64,000 bases of DNA from Octopus vulgaris (GCA_951406725.2 OX597828.1:70308001-70372000), one strand, 5' to 3'. Counted from the first letter of the stretch, positions 11,801 through 26,315 are shown. Notes: generated from the letters alone by a model not told the origin. A program made the numbers and translations.

Positions 11801-13826
11801 AATTACAGATGTATCAAGCTCTTGGATCAGATAATGAAGATCACAGAGAGGGTCATAGGCCAACTAATTAGGGAGAGAGTAAGTTTGGATGAGATGCAGT
11901 TTGGTTTCGTGCCAGAGAAAAGCACCACTGATGCCATATTTCTGTTGAGACAGCTGCAGGAGAAATACCTAGCCAAAGATAAGCCCCTGTACCTGGCTTT
12001 CGTTGACATGGAGAAAGCCTTTGACAGGGTCCCCCCCGATCCCTTATCTGGTGGTCAATGAGGAAACTAGGGATAGATGAATGGTTAGTGAGAGCCGTGC
12101 AAGCCATGTACAGGGACAGTGTCAGTAAAGTGAGGGTTAGCAACGAGTACAGTGAAGAATTCCGGGTAGAGGTAGGGGTCCACCAAGGTTCAGCCCCCTC
12201 CTATTTATCATAGTCCTCCAGGCAATAATGGAGGAATTCAAGACAGGATGCTGATGACCTTGCTCTAATTGCTGAGTCACTAACAGAACTAGAGAAGTTT
12301 CAAGTGTGGAAACAAAGATTAGAATCGAAGGGCCTTAGAGTCAACGTAGCTAAAACCAAAGTCCTAATAAGTAGGAAGGCAAGCAAACCACAAATTCCTT
12401 CAGGTAGATGGCCCTGCTCGATCTGTAGAAAAGGCACAGGTAGATTCTCTATAAGATGTACCCATTGTAAGCTATGGCCACATAAGAGGTGCAGCAATAT
12501 CAAAGGAAGGCTAAATGGGAGGATAGTTTTCGTATGTGGCAGATGCTCGGGAGCTATGAATAACACTAAAAATGTGCAGAGAACAACTTCTGCCACATTC
12601 CAGGGAGAAAAACTAGAAGTAGTTGATAGCTTCTGTTACCTAGGTGACCAAGTCAGTAGCAGGGGAGGGTGCACTGAAAGTGTAGCTGCAAGAATAAGAA
12701 TAGCCTGGGCAAAGTTCAGGGAGCTCTTACTTCTGCTGGTGACAAAGGGCCTCTCGCTTAGAGTAAAAGGTAGACTGTATGATGCAAGTGTACGAACAGC
12801 CATGCTACATGGCAGTAAAACATGGGCCGTGACTGCTGAGGATATGCGTAAGCTCACAAGGAATGAAGCCAGCATGCTCCAATGGATGTGTAATGTCAGT
12901 GTGCATACTCGACAGAGTGTTAGTGGCCTGAGAGAAAGGTTGGACCTAAGAAGCATCAGATGTGGTGTGCAAGAGAGACGACTGTGCTGGTATGGCCATG
13001 TGGTGAGAATGGATGTGATAGCTGTGTGAAAAAGTGCCACACCCTAGCAGTTGAGGGAACCTGTGGAAGAGGTAGACCCAGGAAGACCTGGGATGAGGTG
13101 GTGAAACATGACCTTCAAACATTGGGCCTCACCAAGGCAATGACTAGTGACTGGGACCTCTAGAAATATGCTGTGCTTGAGAAGACTCAGCAAGCGCAAG
13201 TGTGACCATAACCTTGTGGCCTATGCTAGGGGTGTAACCAGTCCACTTATACATGCCTTTTCTTCATTGGACACTAAACTCTACTTGCGAAGACCAGTTG
13301 AGGCAAGTGAAATTGAAATCGAAATCAAACTCGATTGCAAAGACCTGTTGAGGAACATGAAATCAATCAAACTCGGTGACTGGCATCCGTTGCTAGTGGA
13401 GCGCTAAGAGTACCATACAAGTGAGATCGTTGCCAGAGCAACAAGCTGGCCTTCCTGCCGATGGCTTGTTAAACACACCATTCGAGTGTGATCGTTACCA
13501 CGTCGCCTTACTAGCACTTGTGCTGGTGTTACATGAAACATTCAAGTGAGGTCATCACCAGTGCCGCTGGACTGGCTCCTGTGCAAGTGGCACATAAAAT
13601 GCACTATTTGGGCATGGCCATTGCCGGTACCACCAAACTGGCCCTCGTGCCGGTAGCATGTAAAAGCACCCACTACACTCTCAGAGTGGTTGGCGTTAAG
13701 AAGGGCATCCAGCTGTAGAAACTCTGCCAGATCAGATTGGAATCTGGTTCACCTGACCTCAGTCAAATCGTCCAACCCATGCTAGCATGGAAAGCAGACA
13801 TTAAATGATGATGATGATGATGATGA
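11801..13826 (+). mobile_element. RTE-clade LINE, 5'-truncated and frameshifted (RT domain, PHD-like Cys cluster, 3'UTR, (GAT)n tail)
   Basis: QFGFVPEKSTTDAIF...FVDMEKAFDRVP, YLG motif, C-x2-C...C-x2-C-x4-H-x2-C, RGRPRKTW; inserted in the microsatellite of a minus-strand SINE. Confidence 0.9.
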
Positions 13827-14044
13827 TATACGATGAGCTTCTTTCAGTTTCTGCCTACCAAATCCACTCACAAGGCTTTGGTCGGCCCAAGGCTTTAGTA
13901 GAAGACACTTAATTTGATGACCCTGAAAGGACGAAAGGCTAAGTTGACCTCAGTGGAATTTGAACTCAGAACATAGAGATGGGTGAAATACCACTAAACA
14001 TTTCATCTGGCATGCTAATAATTCTGCAAGCTCACTGCCTTAAC

Positions 14045-14082
<38 letters not shown>

Positions 14083-14384
14083 TAATAATAATAATAATAA
14101 TAATGACGATAATGGTGATGATGATGCTACCATCACAACTGCTACCACCACTACTACTGTTACTACTTAATATATTCCAGTCCTCCCACACTCTCTACCA
14201 ACCAGATCCCTGCTCCCAAACAACTCCCTTTCAATGTTTACCACTTCATCTTAATCCCTAACCCTAACACTAACCCCACCCCTCATTCCAGTCCACCAAT
14301 CCCTTCCCTCCCTCCCTCCCTCCCTTAATCAACCAGTATTTCCAATTCCATTTTTCGCTGCTGCATCCTCTCTCCCACATTAAG

Positions 14385-14399
14385 ACCCAAATCCCCAAG
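14385..14399 (+). CDS. Candidate 15-nt microexon (DPNPQ)
   Basis: tttttcgctgctgcatcctctctcccacattaag|ACCCAAATCCCCAAG|gtttcc; phase 1-1; weak donor. Confidence 0.3.
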
Positions 14400-15189
14400 G
14401 TTTCCCCTCGAATTCTTCTTCTTCGTCACAGTTCTGAAAGCCTTGATGATAATTGGCAGAATCATGGCCTTGTCACATTCTTTATTCCAGCATTGGTATC
14501 TTCCATCTTGTATCTTTTTTACTTGCTTTAGCTATTGGGTGGTGGCCATACTGGGGCACCCCCTTCAACAGTTCAGTCAAATAAATCAATTCCAGTATGT
14601 TTTTGCAGCTTTTCTATTTAAAAAAAAATTTTTCTTGTACTTATTTTATCAGTCTCTCTTTCATGAACCACTAAGTTATAGGGACATAAGCCAATGCTTG
14701 TCATCAAGAAGTGATGGGAGACACACACACACACACATCTATGGCAGGTTTCTTTCAGTTTCCATCCACTCCCAAGGCTTTGGTCGGCCTGAGGCTATAG
14801 TAGAAGACACTTGCTCAAAGTGCCATGCAGTGGGACTGAACCTGGAACCATGTGGTTGAGAATCAAATTTCCTATCACCCAGCCACAGCTTATATTGTAT
14901 CAGAATGCCCACAATTTTCTCAAAATGAGAAAAATTATGGTAATGGTTCCCAGGAAGTTTTTGCACGAACAGCAAAGAACAATGAACAGCTTGTGAGAAG
15001 AGAAATGGGAGTATTTGAAAATGGTGAAGTGAGGTTGTATGGAATCTTCCCATTGAAACCATAAAAGCCTGAAGTCATTAACAAGAAGAACAAAGCCTGT
15101 TTCGGACTGATATGAGTTGGTCAGTTTGATGGCAGAGTCAAGGAAAAAGGAAAAGTAATATGTGATTTTTTTAGGCACAGGCATGGCAG

Positions 15190-15618
15190 CAGCACTTCAT
15201 TAAGCATTAAGCAAAATAAGCATGTGTTTAGGGCATAAAGGGAAGGAGGGGAGGAACCACAGAAATGGTAAATGGTTGACGGCACAAAAGAAATCACTTT
15301 AAACTTGCTAAAATAATATTCGGGATGCCTTTATCTCTGCTGAGTATAGATGCAGATGTGTTACCTAAGATTAATTTTGAGGATCTGATCAAAGACTTTG
15401 CAATTCCAAAAAGTAGGAGAAAACTTTTCCAAATTTAAATAAAGTGGAAGGAGACAAAAATAAACATTATTTTCCCTCTTACTGTTTTGTCTCGTTTTGA
15501 AAAATAAGAATTTATTTTATGGTTTGTTATTGTTTATATTTTGAATTGCATAATCTTTTATGGGGGCACCAAAATCTTTTAAGTGCTTAGGGCCTCAATG
15601 GGTCTTAATCTGGCCCTG
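15190..15618 (+). mobile_element. Degenerate hAT non-autonomous element
   Basis: LSLLSIDAD...INFEDLIKDFA..KSRRK hAT C-terminal-like peptide; terminal cttaatctggccctg. Confidence 0.5.
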
Positions 15619-15790
15619 CATGGTAGTGTGGCTAAGAAGCTTGATTTACAACCAAGTAGCCTCAGGTTCAGTTCTCCTGCATGGCACCTTGGTCAAATAT
15701 CTTCCACTACAGCCCTGGGCCAACTAATGCCTTCTGAATGAATTTGGTAGATGGAAATTGCATTGAATCTTTTCATTTCTGTGTGTGTGT

Positions 15791-15859
<69 letters not shown>

Positions 15860-16714
15860 CGTGCGTTTGTCCTCCATTACTGCTTAACAACTGATGTTGG
15901 TGTGTTTCTGTTCCTGTAACTTAGCAGTTCAGCAAAAGAGACCTATAAAATAAGTACCAGGCTTTCCAAAAATAAAAATAATAAAGAGCATTGGGAGTCA
16001 ATTCATTTGATTAAATATTCTTCAAAGCGGTGCCCCAGCATGGCCACAGTCTAATGACAGAAACAAGTAATAGCTAAAAGCTAAAAGCTATCATTTTACC
16101 ATCATCCCACATCCTACATTTGTACGAACAATCCTGTTTATCCTTCCTTCTCTTGATCCAATTAATCCTTAGAACTCGTTCTTCTGTTACGAAAATCAAT
16201 CCCTCCTCACTCTCTTTCTTCTTTTTTCAATATTCCTTTCATTAACCTAAGACAGCTGTCCTTATCAATCTCTTTCTCTCTCTCTCTCTCTCTCTCCCTC
16301 TCTCCCTCTCCCTCTCTCCCTCTCTCCCTCTCTCTCTCTCCCTCTCTCTCTCTCCCTCTCTCTCTCCCTCTCTCTCTCTCTTGTTTGTCTTGCTGTAAAA
16401 CATTGAATGGAGATTCTTTCCTTCAATGTCTTTTCCTGTTTTCTTTTTGTTCGATTTTTCTTTCTTCTTTTTCTTTTTCTTTTTTCTTTTTTGACTATTT
16501 CAGCTCTTCCAGCTCTGCAACTAATCCACCTCTTCCCATCTCCTTAACAACAACAACAACATCTTCTCTTTCTCTTCTTCTTCCACATAGAATCTCAGAC
16601 TTGTTTCTCTCTCATTCTACAATCTCCTCAAACACTCATTAACCTCCTTCCTGCTTCTGTTCTCCAATATAAACAGTCCACATCTGATTGATGGAAGGGA
16701 GCTTATTTCTTTCT

Positions 16715-17171
16715 ATCATCATCATCATCATCATCAAGAGCATCATTGTTGTCGTCATCGTCATCATCATCATCATCATCATCATCATCGTCATCATCAT
16801 CATCATCGTCATCATCATCATCATCATCATCATCATCGTCATCATCATCATCATCATCATCGTCATCATCATCATCATCATCATCGTCATCATCATCATC
16901 ATCATCGTCATCGTCATCATCATCATCATCATCATCGTCATCGTCATCATCGTCATCGTCATTGTCATCATCATCATCATCATCATCGTCATCGTCATCG
17001 TCATCATCATCATCATCATCGTCATCATCATCATCGTCATCGTCATCATCATCGTCATCGTCATCGTCATCATCGTCATCGTCATCATCATCATCGTCAT
17101 CGTCATCATCATCATCATCATCATCGTCATCATCATCATCATCATCATCATCATCGTCATCATCATCATCG

Positions 17172-17203
<32 letters not shown>

Positions 17204-17228
17204 GTCATCATCATCATCGTCATCGTCG

Positions 17229-17285
<57 letters not shown>
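16715..17285. repeat. ~570-bp (CAT)n microsatellite with CGT interruptions
   Basis: Direct inspection. Confidence 0.97.
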
Positions 17286-17485
17286 AGGCAGCAAGCTGGT
17301 ACAATTGTTAGTTTGTCAAACGAAATGCTCATCAGCATTTCCTCCATCTTTTATATGGCTGAGGTCAACTTTGCCTTTCATCTTTTCAGGGTTGATAAAA
17401 TAAGTACCAGTTGAACACTGGGGATTGATGTAATCAACTATCCCCCACCCAATGAAATTTCAAACCTTCACTCTATAGTAGAAGG

Positions 17486-17528
<43 letters not shown>

Positions 17529-17930
17529 TCATTATCATCTTCTTTCGATTCTGTTTCCATTTGTTGCTGAGTGTCTTCCTGACATCTAGGGCAGAGAAAT
17601 GCACTGTATACAATGGTAGGCCATTAGAATAAACACACCAGATAATTCCTTTACAAAGTCATGTGATAACGAAAAGGGGGAAAGAAAGACAGAGAAAAAA
17701 TAGAAGATAAAAAAAGTAAACAAACATAAATAAAGAGGAAAAAGGGAAAGAAAACTCACAGCAACAATCCTCTTCATTTGATTAAATATTCTTCAAAGCG
17801 GTGCCCCAGCATGGCCACAGTCTAATAACTGAAACAAGTAAAAGACAATCCTTTGTGCTTCCTGCATGGATGGTAAGCTAGGGATCATTGTTAAATAATT
17901 TTCAGTTCCCTTTTTGATCATACTTACTTT

Positions 17931-17961
<31 letters not shown>

Positions 17962-17971
17962 TATTATTATT

Positions 17972-18526
17972 GAGTGAGAGAGCAGTGCATGCCATCAAAG
18001 TGACACTGGGGTAAAATATACGAAGCCCAGTATACCCATCATGACTACCTGTCTGATAAGGATACACCAGGCACATGCATCACAACCATATGTGCACGAC
18101 ATGGTGATCTCAAATCAAGATATACAGCACATGACCTTGCAGGTGGGGCCCAGTTAGAATTTTCTTCTGGTCGAGTAGCCCATCCCGCTCAAAAGGTCCC
18201 TGAATAAGGATTGTTTAAGGATGTTGAACGAACCACCCATGTTTCTAAAGGTGAATTATGCAAACCTCCAAGAATTCCTCTCAACACATGGCTATGATGC
18301 TCCCCTACTACTTCTGCTCATGATCAGAGATGCACATATCGTCAGCCACTAAGGGACATGGTCAACTGGTTAAGGTCAAACAACTGACAAGCAAATCTGT
18401 GGTATTGAGCAGAATATTTGCTGTAGCCCATCTTTTATACCAAGACAAAACAATGTACATGATAACACTTCCAATCAGTTAAGATCAGAAGCCATGAGAG
18501 CCACTGCCTAGTACTGCATCAGGGCA

Positions 18527-18530
<4 letters not shown>
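17972..18530. mobile_element. Unclassified interspersed element inserted in (TTA)n
   Basis: Complex ~560-bp sequence with (TTA)n on both sides; possibly an RLE-LINE UTR or non-autonomous derivative. Confidence 0.45.
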
Positions 18531-18586
<56 letters not shown>

Positions 18587-19220
18587 GTTATGTTTTAGTG
18601 GTCAGAGTATTTGGCTCAAAACCATGAGATGGTGAATTTGATTTTTGGTCGTGCATTATGGCCTTGAGCAAAACACTTTATATCACATTGCTTTTGTCCA
18701 CTTGTCTGGCAAAACTGAATTGTACCTGTAATATCAAGGGCCTGCCATGTCACATTCTGAGAAGGTGATGAACTGGCAGAATCGTTAGCATGCTGGGCAA
18801 ATTGCTTAGCAGCATTTCACCTTGTCTTTATGTTCCTATTTTCAAATTCCTCCAAGGTCAACTTAGCCTGTCATCCTTTCTGGGTCTATAGAATAAGTAC
18901 CAGTTGAATGCTGGGGTCAATGTAATCAACTTAAACCCCCTCACCTTTGCCCCTGAAATTGCTGGTCTTGTGCCAAAATTTGAGACCGTTATTATTACCT
19001 TATGCTAGATCATCATCATCATCATCGTTTAGCGTCCGTTTTCCATGCTAGCATGTTTATTGTAATTAAGGTGAAATTTATAAAATACTGATTACAATAC
19101 ATGGGAGGAGGAGGAGGAAGAAGAGGAGGGGGGGAGGAGTGTTCTGAGATATAGGTTGAAGGATTTGAAGAATGTCATATTATGAAATGTAGATGTTGTT
19201 GTTGTTATTGTTGTGGATGT

Positions 19221-19500
19221 TATAAATCAATTTGATGAAAGGTAATTTGTCATTCGTCGCATAACCTCACCTACAATTCACTCGATTGGATCTCAGTGTT
19301 TGCCATTAGTTTGTTGCGTTCTTGTGAAACGATAAAGGATATGTGCTGTTGACTTCTTGATTAAGGCCTGTGATTGCCGAAGGCTCTTGAACAAACTGGG
19401 TGACCACCTGGCTGCAGAAAATCAAGGACACCACAAATAACTTACGTGAAATTTCTTAATCCAATTACAAACATGGAAACATAAGTAATAAAGAAAGCAG
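19221..19500 (+). promoter_or_regulatory. Candidate internal TATA+Inr promoter and non-coding first exon
   Basis: TATAAA at 19221 is 31 nt upstream of the A in Inr-like TCATTC (19250-19255); unique sequence ending in donor CAG|gtgagg at 19500. Confidence 0.4.
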
Positions 19501-19859
19501 GTGAGGTCACACCTGGAACAAAGAAGGATGGAAGATGTGGGTGGTGGGGTGAGAAGGTGTTATGACTTGTGACCTGATTCGAAGTGAAGTGTCTCAATGT
19601 TTGTCCAGTTATGTGTGTGTTCTTTTATTCTTTTACTTGTTTCAGTCATTTGACTGTGGCCATGCTGGAGCACCGCCTTTAGTTGAGCAAATCAAACCCA
19701 GGACTTATTCTTTGTAAGCCTAGTACTTATTCTATCGGTCTCTATTGCCGAACTGCTAAGTTATGGGGACGTAAACTCACCACCATCATTTGTCAAGCGA
19801 TAGTGAGGGGACAAACACAGACACATACATACACATACATACACACATACATACATACA

Positions 19860-19908
<49 letters not shown>

Positions 19909-20534
19909 GATGAGTTTCTTTCACTTTCTGTCTACCAAATCCACTCACAAGGGTTTGGTCAGCCCAAGGCTATAGTAGAAGACACTTCCCCAAGGTGCCA
20001 CGCAGACACAAACACACACACACGCACACATAGATATATACATATAGGTCTATGGATCTCTCTCTCTATCTCTCTTACACTCTCATATATATATACATAT
20101 ACGCACGCACACACACACACATACACACACACACACAGAAATATACATAGTTATTATGTAGGTAGTTAGGGTAATACGCAGTTGTTTCCTCTTGAAACAC
20201 ACCTGCTTATTTCATTATCACCATCCAGTGACATAGATAGTTATTTGCAGGGTGTCAGGTGAAATAAACATCAGAGATGCGTTGCCCCACCCAGAAATCA
20301 CAGAAGGTGCTCAGTAGTTTTGCAACAAATTCTAAATCCATTTGTGATTCTGGGAACCTTTCTGCATCATCAGCAGGTATCTCAGATTAATGAGTGTTTC
20401 TCCCTTTAGCCTGTATGCTTCACCTGTGTAGGGCAGCAAAAACTGAGCTAGTCTTCACCCATGGAAGGATCCCACTTGCAATTTCTTATCGACAGACAGA
20501 CAGATAGATAGATAGAGAGACTAACAGGTAGATG

Positions 20535-20592
<58 letters not shown>

Positions 20593-20807
20593 GAGACAGA
20601 CAGGTAGATAGACCGACAGACAGACAGATAACTATTTACAGGGTCATAAAATTATGCTGATGAACACTGAATTGGCTGAGTTATCAGAGCTACAGTTGGA
20701 ATGGCTTGTAGCTTTTATTTTAGACCTTTGCATTATGAGTTCAAATCTTGCTGAGGTCATCTTTGTCTTTTGTATTTTCAGGGTTAATAAAGTATTAGTA
20801 CTAGGGA

Positions 20808-21005
20808 TTCTTCTTCTTCTTCTTCTTCTTCTCCTTCTTCTTCTTCTTCTTCTTCTTCTTCTTCTTCTTCTTCTTCTTCTTCTTCTTCTTCTTCTTCTTC
20901 TTCTTCTTCTTCTTCTTCTTTTTCTTCTTCTTCTCCTTCTTCTTCTTCTTCTTCTTCTTCTTCTTCTTCTTCTTCTTCTTCTTCTTCTTCTTCTTCTTCT
21001 TCTTC
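20808..21005. repeat. (CTT)n microsatellite
   Basis: Direct inspection. Confidence 0.95.
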
Positions 21006-21580
21006 GCCCCTCTTTCTCCCTTGCTCTCTCTCTCTCTCTCTGGATTGTTCTTGCAGTTTAAATGTCCAGTTTTGTCATATGCCACCATGTCTATTTGACC
21101 TAAGATTCGCATTAAGAGGACACCTAACTTAGGAATACTCAACCATTTACCCATCCATTTCACAAGAATTTATTTACCCAAACAACTGAATGCTCTCCAT
21201 CAAAGCCATATGACAATCAACCCCTGCCCTTTCAACTGCCCTGATTAAATTGGGCTAAACTGACCTCTGTGACCAGGTTTACCCAAATAACAAGTCCAAT
21301 GGTTACCAGCAAAACACTCCCTGTCCTAGCACAACCTCTTCTCCATTGTACTAATACTCACAACTCACTAAAGAGCACCAAAGATCACTGGTGGATCAAT
21401 GAACCATTTTCCTCTCCCTGTCACACACATCTCACTGATTGAAGTGCATCCTCTGTTTACCTCACACCTCCCCTCTGGTGCACTACAACACTTTGTCCTC
21501 TCTGTCCTCACAGGTGGGTCACAAACAACTGATTCTGCATAGTCAAATGACAGGGATCTGCCATCATTCATGTGCGTGTG

Positions 21581-21642
<62 letters not shown>

Positions 21643-21875
21643 GTGTGTGTGTGTGTGTGTGTGAGTCTATACATATAGAGTATGAGAGTTTTGGGGCATA
21701 CAGATACACGTGATTGTGTCTATGTAAATACATTGATTCTCTTAATCTATATCAACACCAATATACACACATCAACACACACAAATATACACACTCACAT
21801 ATATTTATTCTTTGATTTGTTTTAATCTTCATGAACATGTTCATATTGCTTTACTATCTTTAAAGTTGAAGTTCT

Positions 21876-21934
<59 letters not shown>

Positions 21935-22125
21935 TTATAAATATATATGTATACACACATATATAAATATATATCTATATATGCATATATATATATATAT
22001 ATATATACATTTATAAATATATATGTATACACACATATATAAATATATATCTATATATGCATATATATATATATATATGCATATATATATATATGTATGT
22101 ATGTATTTACACACATATATAAATA

Positions 22126-22180
<55 letters not shown>

Positions 22181-24236
22181 ATATATATATATTTATATAT
22201 ATATCATTTCATGTACACAGTATAAAAACACAAGCTACTAATAGTTTCTTACTTTGGGGACATGTGTCGAGGCAGGTTTTGTAACATACCTTGTGCCTCC
22301 AAGCAATCATCAGTCTCTTAGCACATGGTCTGTTTTTGTTGATTTTACCTTAATGGAACAGTAAACTATATATATATATGTGATAAAAAAAATATAGTCA
22401 AATACCCTCATTTGTTTCTCAGTTACCTGTATTTGTAAATTCCTTAATCCTACATCAACAAAGCATATATTTCTGTCTGCTTAACAACCAAATCACTATT
22501 TCTACATCAACGTACTGAGAGGTTACATTTCACTGAAGAGCTCCAACAAGGTGAAGCCTCTACAGTGATCTCCCTCAGCAGCTAATGACAAAATAAGATT
22601 ACTATATAAATAAAATAGATTTTAAATCATTATCTAAAATCAAATTTTATTTCACTGCATAATTTGAATCACTGAATTTATTTTGAATGTTTATCTTCTA
22701 AACATTGAATATATTCACCTACTTAAATGTCTACTTCTTTATGTATGTGTGTGTGTGTGTGTATGTGTGTGTGAACAGATACACTACCAACTTTTCAGCA
22801 TCCTTGGTTCCAGCAGTACCAGATTATCCATTTTATTTTAAAGCCTATAACTGCAATCCTCAAAGACTATTACCAATTTCTTGATAATGTTTCACTACTA
22901 AACCTTCACGACACACCATTCTTTATTCTCTAGAAACGTTATATGTTTTGAATCTTTCTTCTAACTCTTCCACTATAATAATATTGAGATCCAAATATTT
23001 AAAACAAAGTCTAATGTTAGACGCTAACCTGCTTACTAGAGGGCCCCTACCCTCATCCAGACCATCTCTTGAATGATAACTGTGAAAGGAATATATTTAC
23101 TTTTCACTCTCCCATGCTGGGATACTGTATTCTCTGCAGTGAAGATAAGATATCTATTAACTGGCTCTTTATAAAGAGAGAATCCTTAGGGGTTCAACGC
23201 ATTGTGTTAGATTTAGTTGTAAATATTTGCATCTTTATATTATTATGGTTAGGAAGAGTGTTTCCACTTTCTAGTGTTGTTACAAGTGAATAAATAAATG
23301 TATGTCAAGAAGGATTTATAGGGAAAGAAAAAAAAATTTAATGATTGCTGGGGAAATTCAACTGTTTTCACATTGTTATGTCTGGATTAAAAGAGAAACC
23401 AGATCATCAGTTTGCTGGAAAGTCAGTAGTGTTCCTGTATGTGTGTGTGTGTGTGTGTGTAAATATATACATATGTGTGTGTATGTATGTTTATGTATAT
23501 GTCTTTGTATATATGTGTATGTTATATTGAAGATATGGCGTGTTTGAGTTAAACCCATTTTATTATGAATGACTACGGACCTTTCCCTGTTGTTTTAATC
23601 CCTAATGCTTAATTCACATTTATAACATCATTTCTAAGTCTGTTAATATTTCAGGAATTTCTCAGTCCCATCTCCAGAACGAAGTGGTGATAGTAGTGTT
23701 ATCATCATATAAAGAAGAAATATAAAAATCATTAATAAAAACAAAGTTATATCTCAAACATCACTTTGTCTGCAATATTACATTTTATGTGTCTGCGTGT
23801 GTGTGTGTGTGTGGGTGTGTGTAGGTGTGTGTGTGTTTGCCTATGTATATGTATATAACTCATTTCTGAAGATGGAGAATGAATTTAGCACATGTATATT
23901 ATTGGTTACAATTGTTTCGGTGCCACTCAGTCTTTTCACCATTTGCACGTGAATGATTTCATGTTGAAAAGTCACGTCATGTTTGCGGTTGATTAAATTG
24001 GATCAGCACATCATCAAACTTGCATCTAAAGGTTGTGTTCACTCATTGTGTATATATATATATACGGTCAAACGCATACATACATAATATTTATGTATCT
24101 ATATATCATCAAATATATATATAAATATATATACACATACATATATATATATATATGTATGTATCTATAAATATATATATATATACACACACACATATAT
24201 ACATACACACACACACACAGATATATACATACATAT

Positions 24237-24273
<37 letters not shown>

Positions 24274-24339
24274 CATACATATATACATACATACATATAT
24301 ATAAACACATATATATATACATATATGCATATATATATA

Positions 24340-24373
<34 letters not shown>

Positions 24374-24507
24374 GTATACACACACACACATATATATGTA
24401 TACGTATATATATATATATATATATATATTCACACACACACACATATTTAATATATAGATATAGATAAATATATATACATATATATATGTACATATGTGT
24501 ATATATG

Positions 24508-24538
<31 letters not shown>

Positions 24539-24689
24539 GTGCGTGTGTGTATTTTTTTCTTTTTCTGTTATGTTTTTTTTTTTCACTTTTCTGCCAATTG
24601 TCTGCATGTGAATGCTTGCCACTGCATCTCACACTCACTGATGTATCACTCTCTCTCTCTCTTTCTCTCTTTTGCCTCCACATCAACAG

Positions 24690-24719
24690 GTGTACTGCTA
24701 TCTATGGTTGGACCTTGTG
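24690..24719 (+). CDS. Candidate 30-nt microexon ([10 protein letters not shown])
   Basis: Strong CT tract with TGC motifs, caacag|GT acceptor, GTG|gtgaat donor; phase 1-1, open, contains an in-frame ATG. Confidence 0.55.
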
Positions 24720-24753
24720 GTGAATATTGCTTCTTTTTTTTAACTACTTACTA

Positions 24754-24793
<40 letters not shown>

Positions 24794-24936
24794 TGACATT
24801 TTTATTGTTGTTTTTGTTGTTGTTGCTAATGTTATTCTAACTACTTGCACACACACACACACACACACCAACATATGTTGCTGCTTAAGAACACGCCCCT
24901 TCATTACTACTACTACTATTAGCACTACTACTACTG

Positions 24937-24969
<33 letters not shown>

Positions 24970-25709
24970 ACTACTAGTGCTGTTGTTGTTACTGTTGCTG
25001 CAGCTATTCGTACATGAAAGCTATTTTGTAGTTTAGCTTGGTTTATTCCGTTGGCTATAAATTTACCATTTTCTATTTGATTCCAGTTTGCCGTTATCAT
25101 TGCTGATGCTGCTGCTACTGCTGCTGCTGCTGTTGTTGATGTTGTTGTTGTTATTGCTGTTGCTGTCACTGTTGTTATTGTTGTTATTGTTGCTGTATAT
25201 ATTTAAATGATAAACATAGAATGTGTTATATTTTATGTTATTTCTATTGTTGCTGTTGTTGTTGTTTTTTTTTAATGCCTTTTTTTATAGGCAATGAACT
25301 GGCAGCTTCGTTAGCATCGTCAGACAAAATCCTTAATGGAATTTCCTCCATTTTTATGTTGTAAGTTCAAATCCTGCTGCGGTCAGCTTTGCCTTTCAGA
25401 GTTGATGAAACAAGTACCAGTTGTACGCTGGGGTCAATGTAATTGACATGCCCCCTCCACCAAAATGTTTCTCTGTGTGTGTGTGTTTGTTTGTGTCTTA
25501 ATCAAGTGTGGATGACATTAACGTAAATAACTTATTATAATAAGGTAAAACATATAAAAAGCAAAGAATAAGGACTGCATTCACTGAGTCTTGAACTCAT
25601 ACCTTCAGGTTCACTTCTTGGTGCATAGACTTCTGTGTTGTATGCTTTCATGTAAACTCAGCTGCTGGGATTAACTACTTAAGAGATTATATAGTTGTAA
25701 TACTGGCAT

Positions 25710-25712
25710 ATG

Positions 25713-25754
<42 letters not shown>

Positions 25755-26129
25755 TTAATAATAATAATGATAATGATGATAATAACAATAATGATAATAA
25801 TAATGATAATAATAGTAATGAGAATGAGAATAATAGTAATAATAATGATAATGATAATAACAATGATAATGATAATAATAATAATAACTATAATAATGAT
25901 AATAATAATAATAATAATAATGATAATAATAATAATAATAATAATGATAATAATAATAATGATAATAATAATAATAATGAGAATAATAATAATAATGATA
26001 ATAATAATAATGATAATAATAATAATGATGATAATAATAATAATGAGAATAAGAATAATGATAATGATAATAACAATGATAATGATAATAATAATAATAA
26101 CTATAATAATGATAATAATGATAATAATG

Positions 26130-26171
<42 letters not shown>

Positions 26172-26210
26172 TCAATAATAATGATAATAATAATGATAAT
26201 AATAATAATA
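25710..26210. repeat. ~500-bp (ATA/ATG)n microsatellite
   Basis: Direct inspection. Confidence 0.95.
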
Positions 26211-26315
26211 GCAGCTTGAATGTGGAGCCTAAAAACAGAAACAATTCCTATCATAGTAGGCGTGATAGATAAGATAAAAAAATATTCAGACAAATACATA
26301 ACAAAAGCATTAGGG

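Noticed and set aside
16385-16690. Strong pyrimidine-tract acceptors at 16503 and 16590
   Set aside because: Phase-1 reading hits stops and there is no donor; tracts are explained by low complexity.
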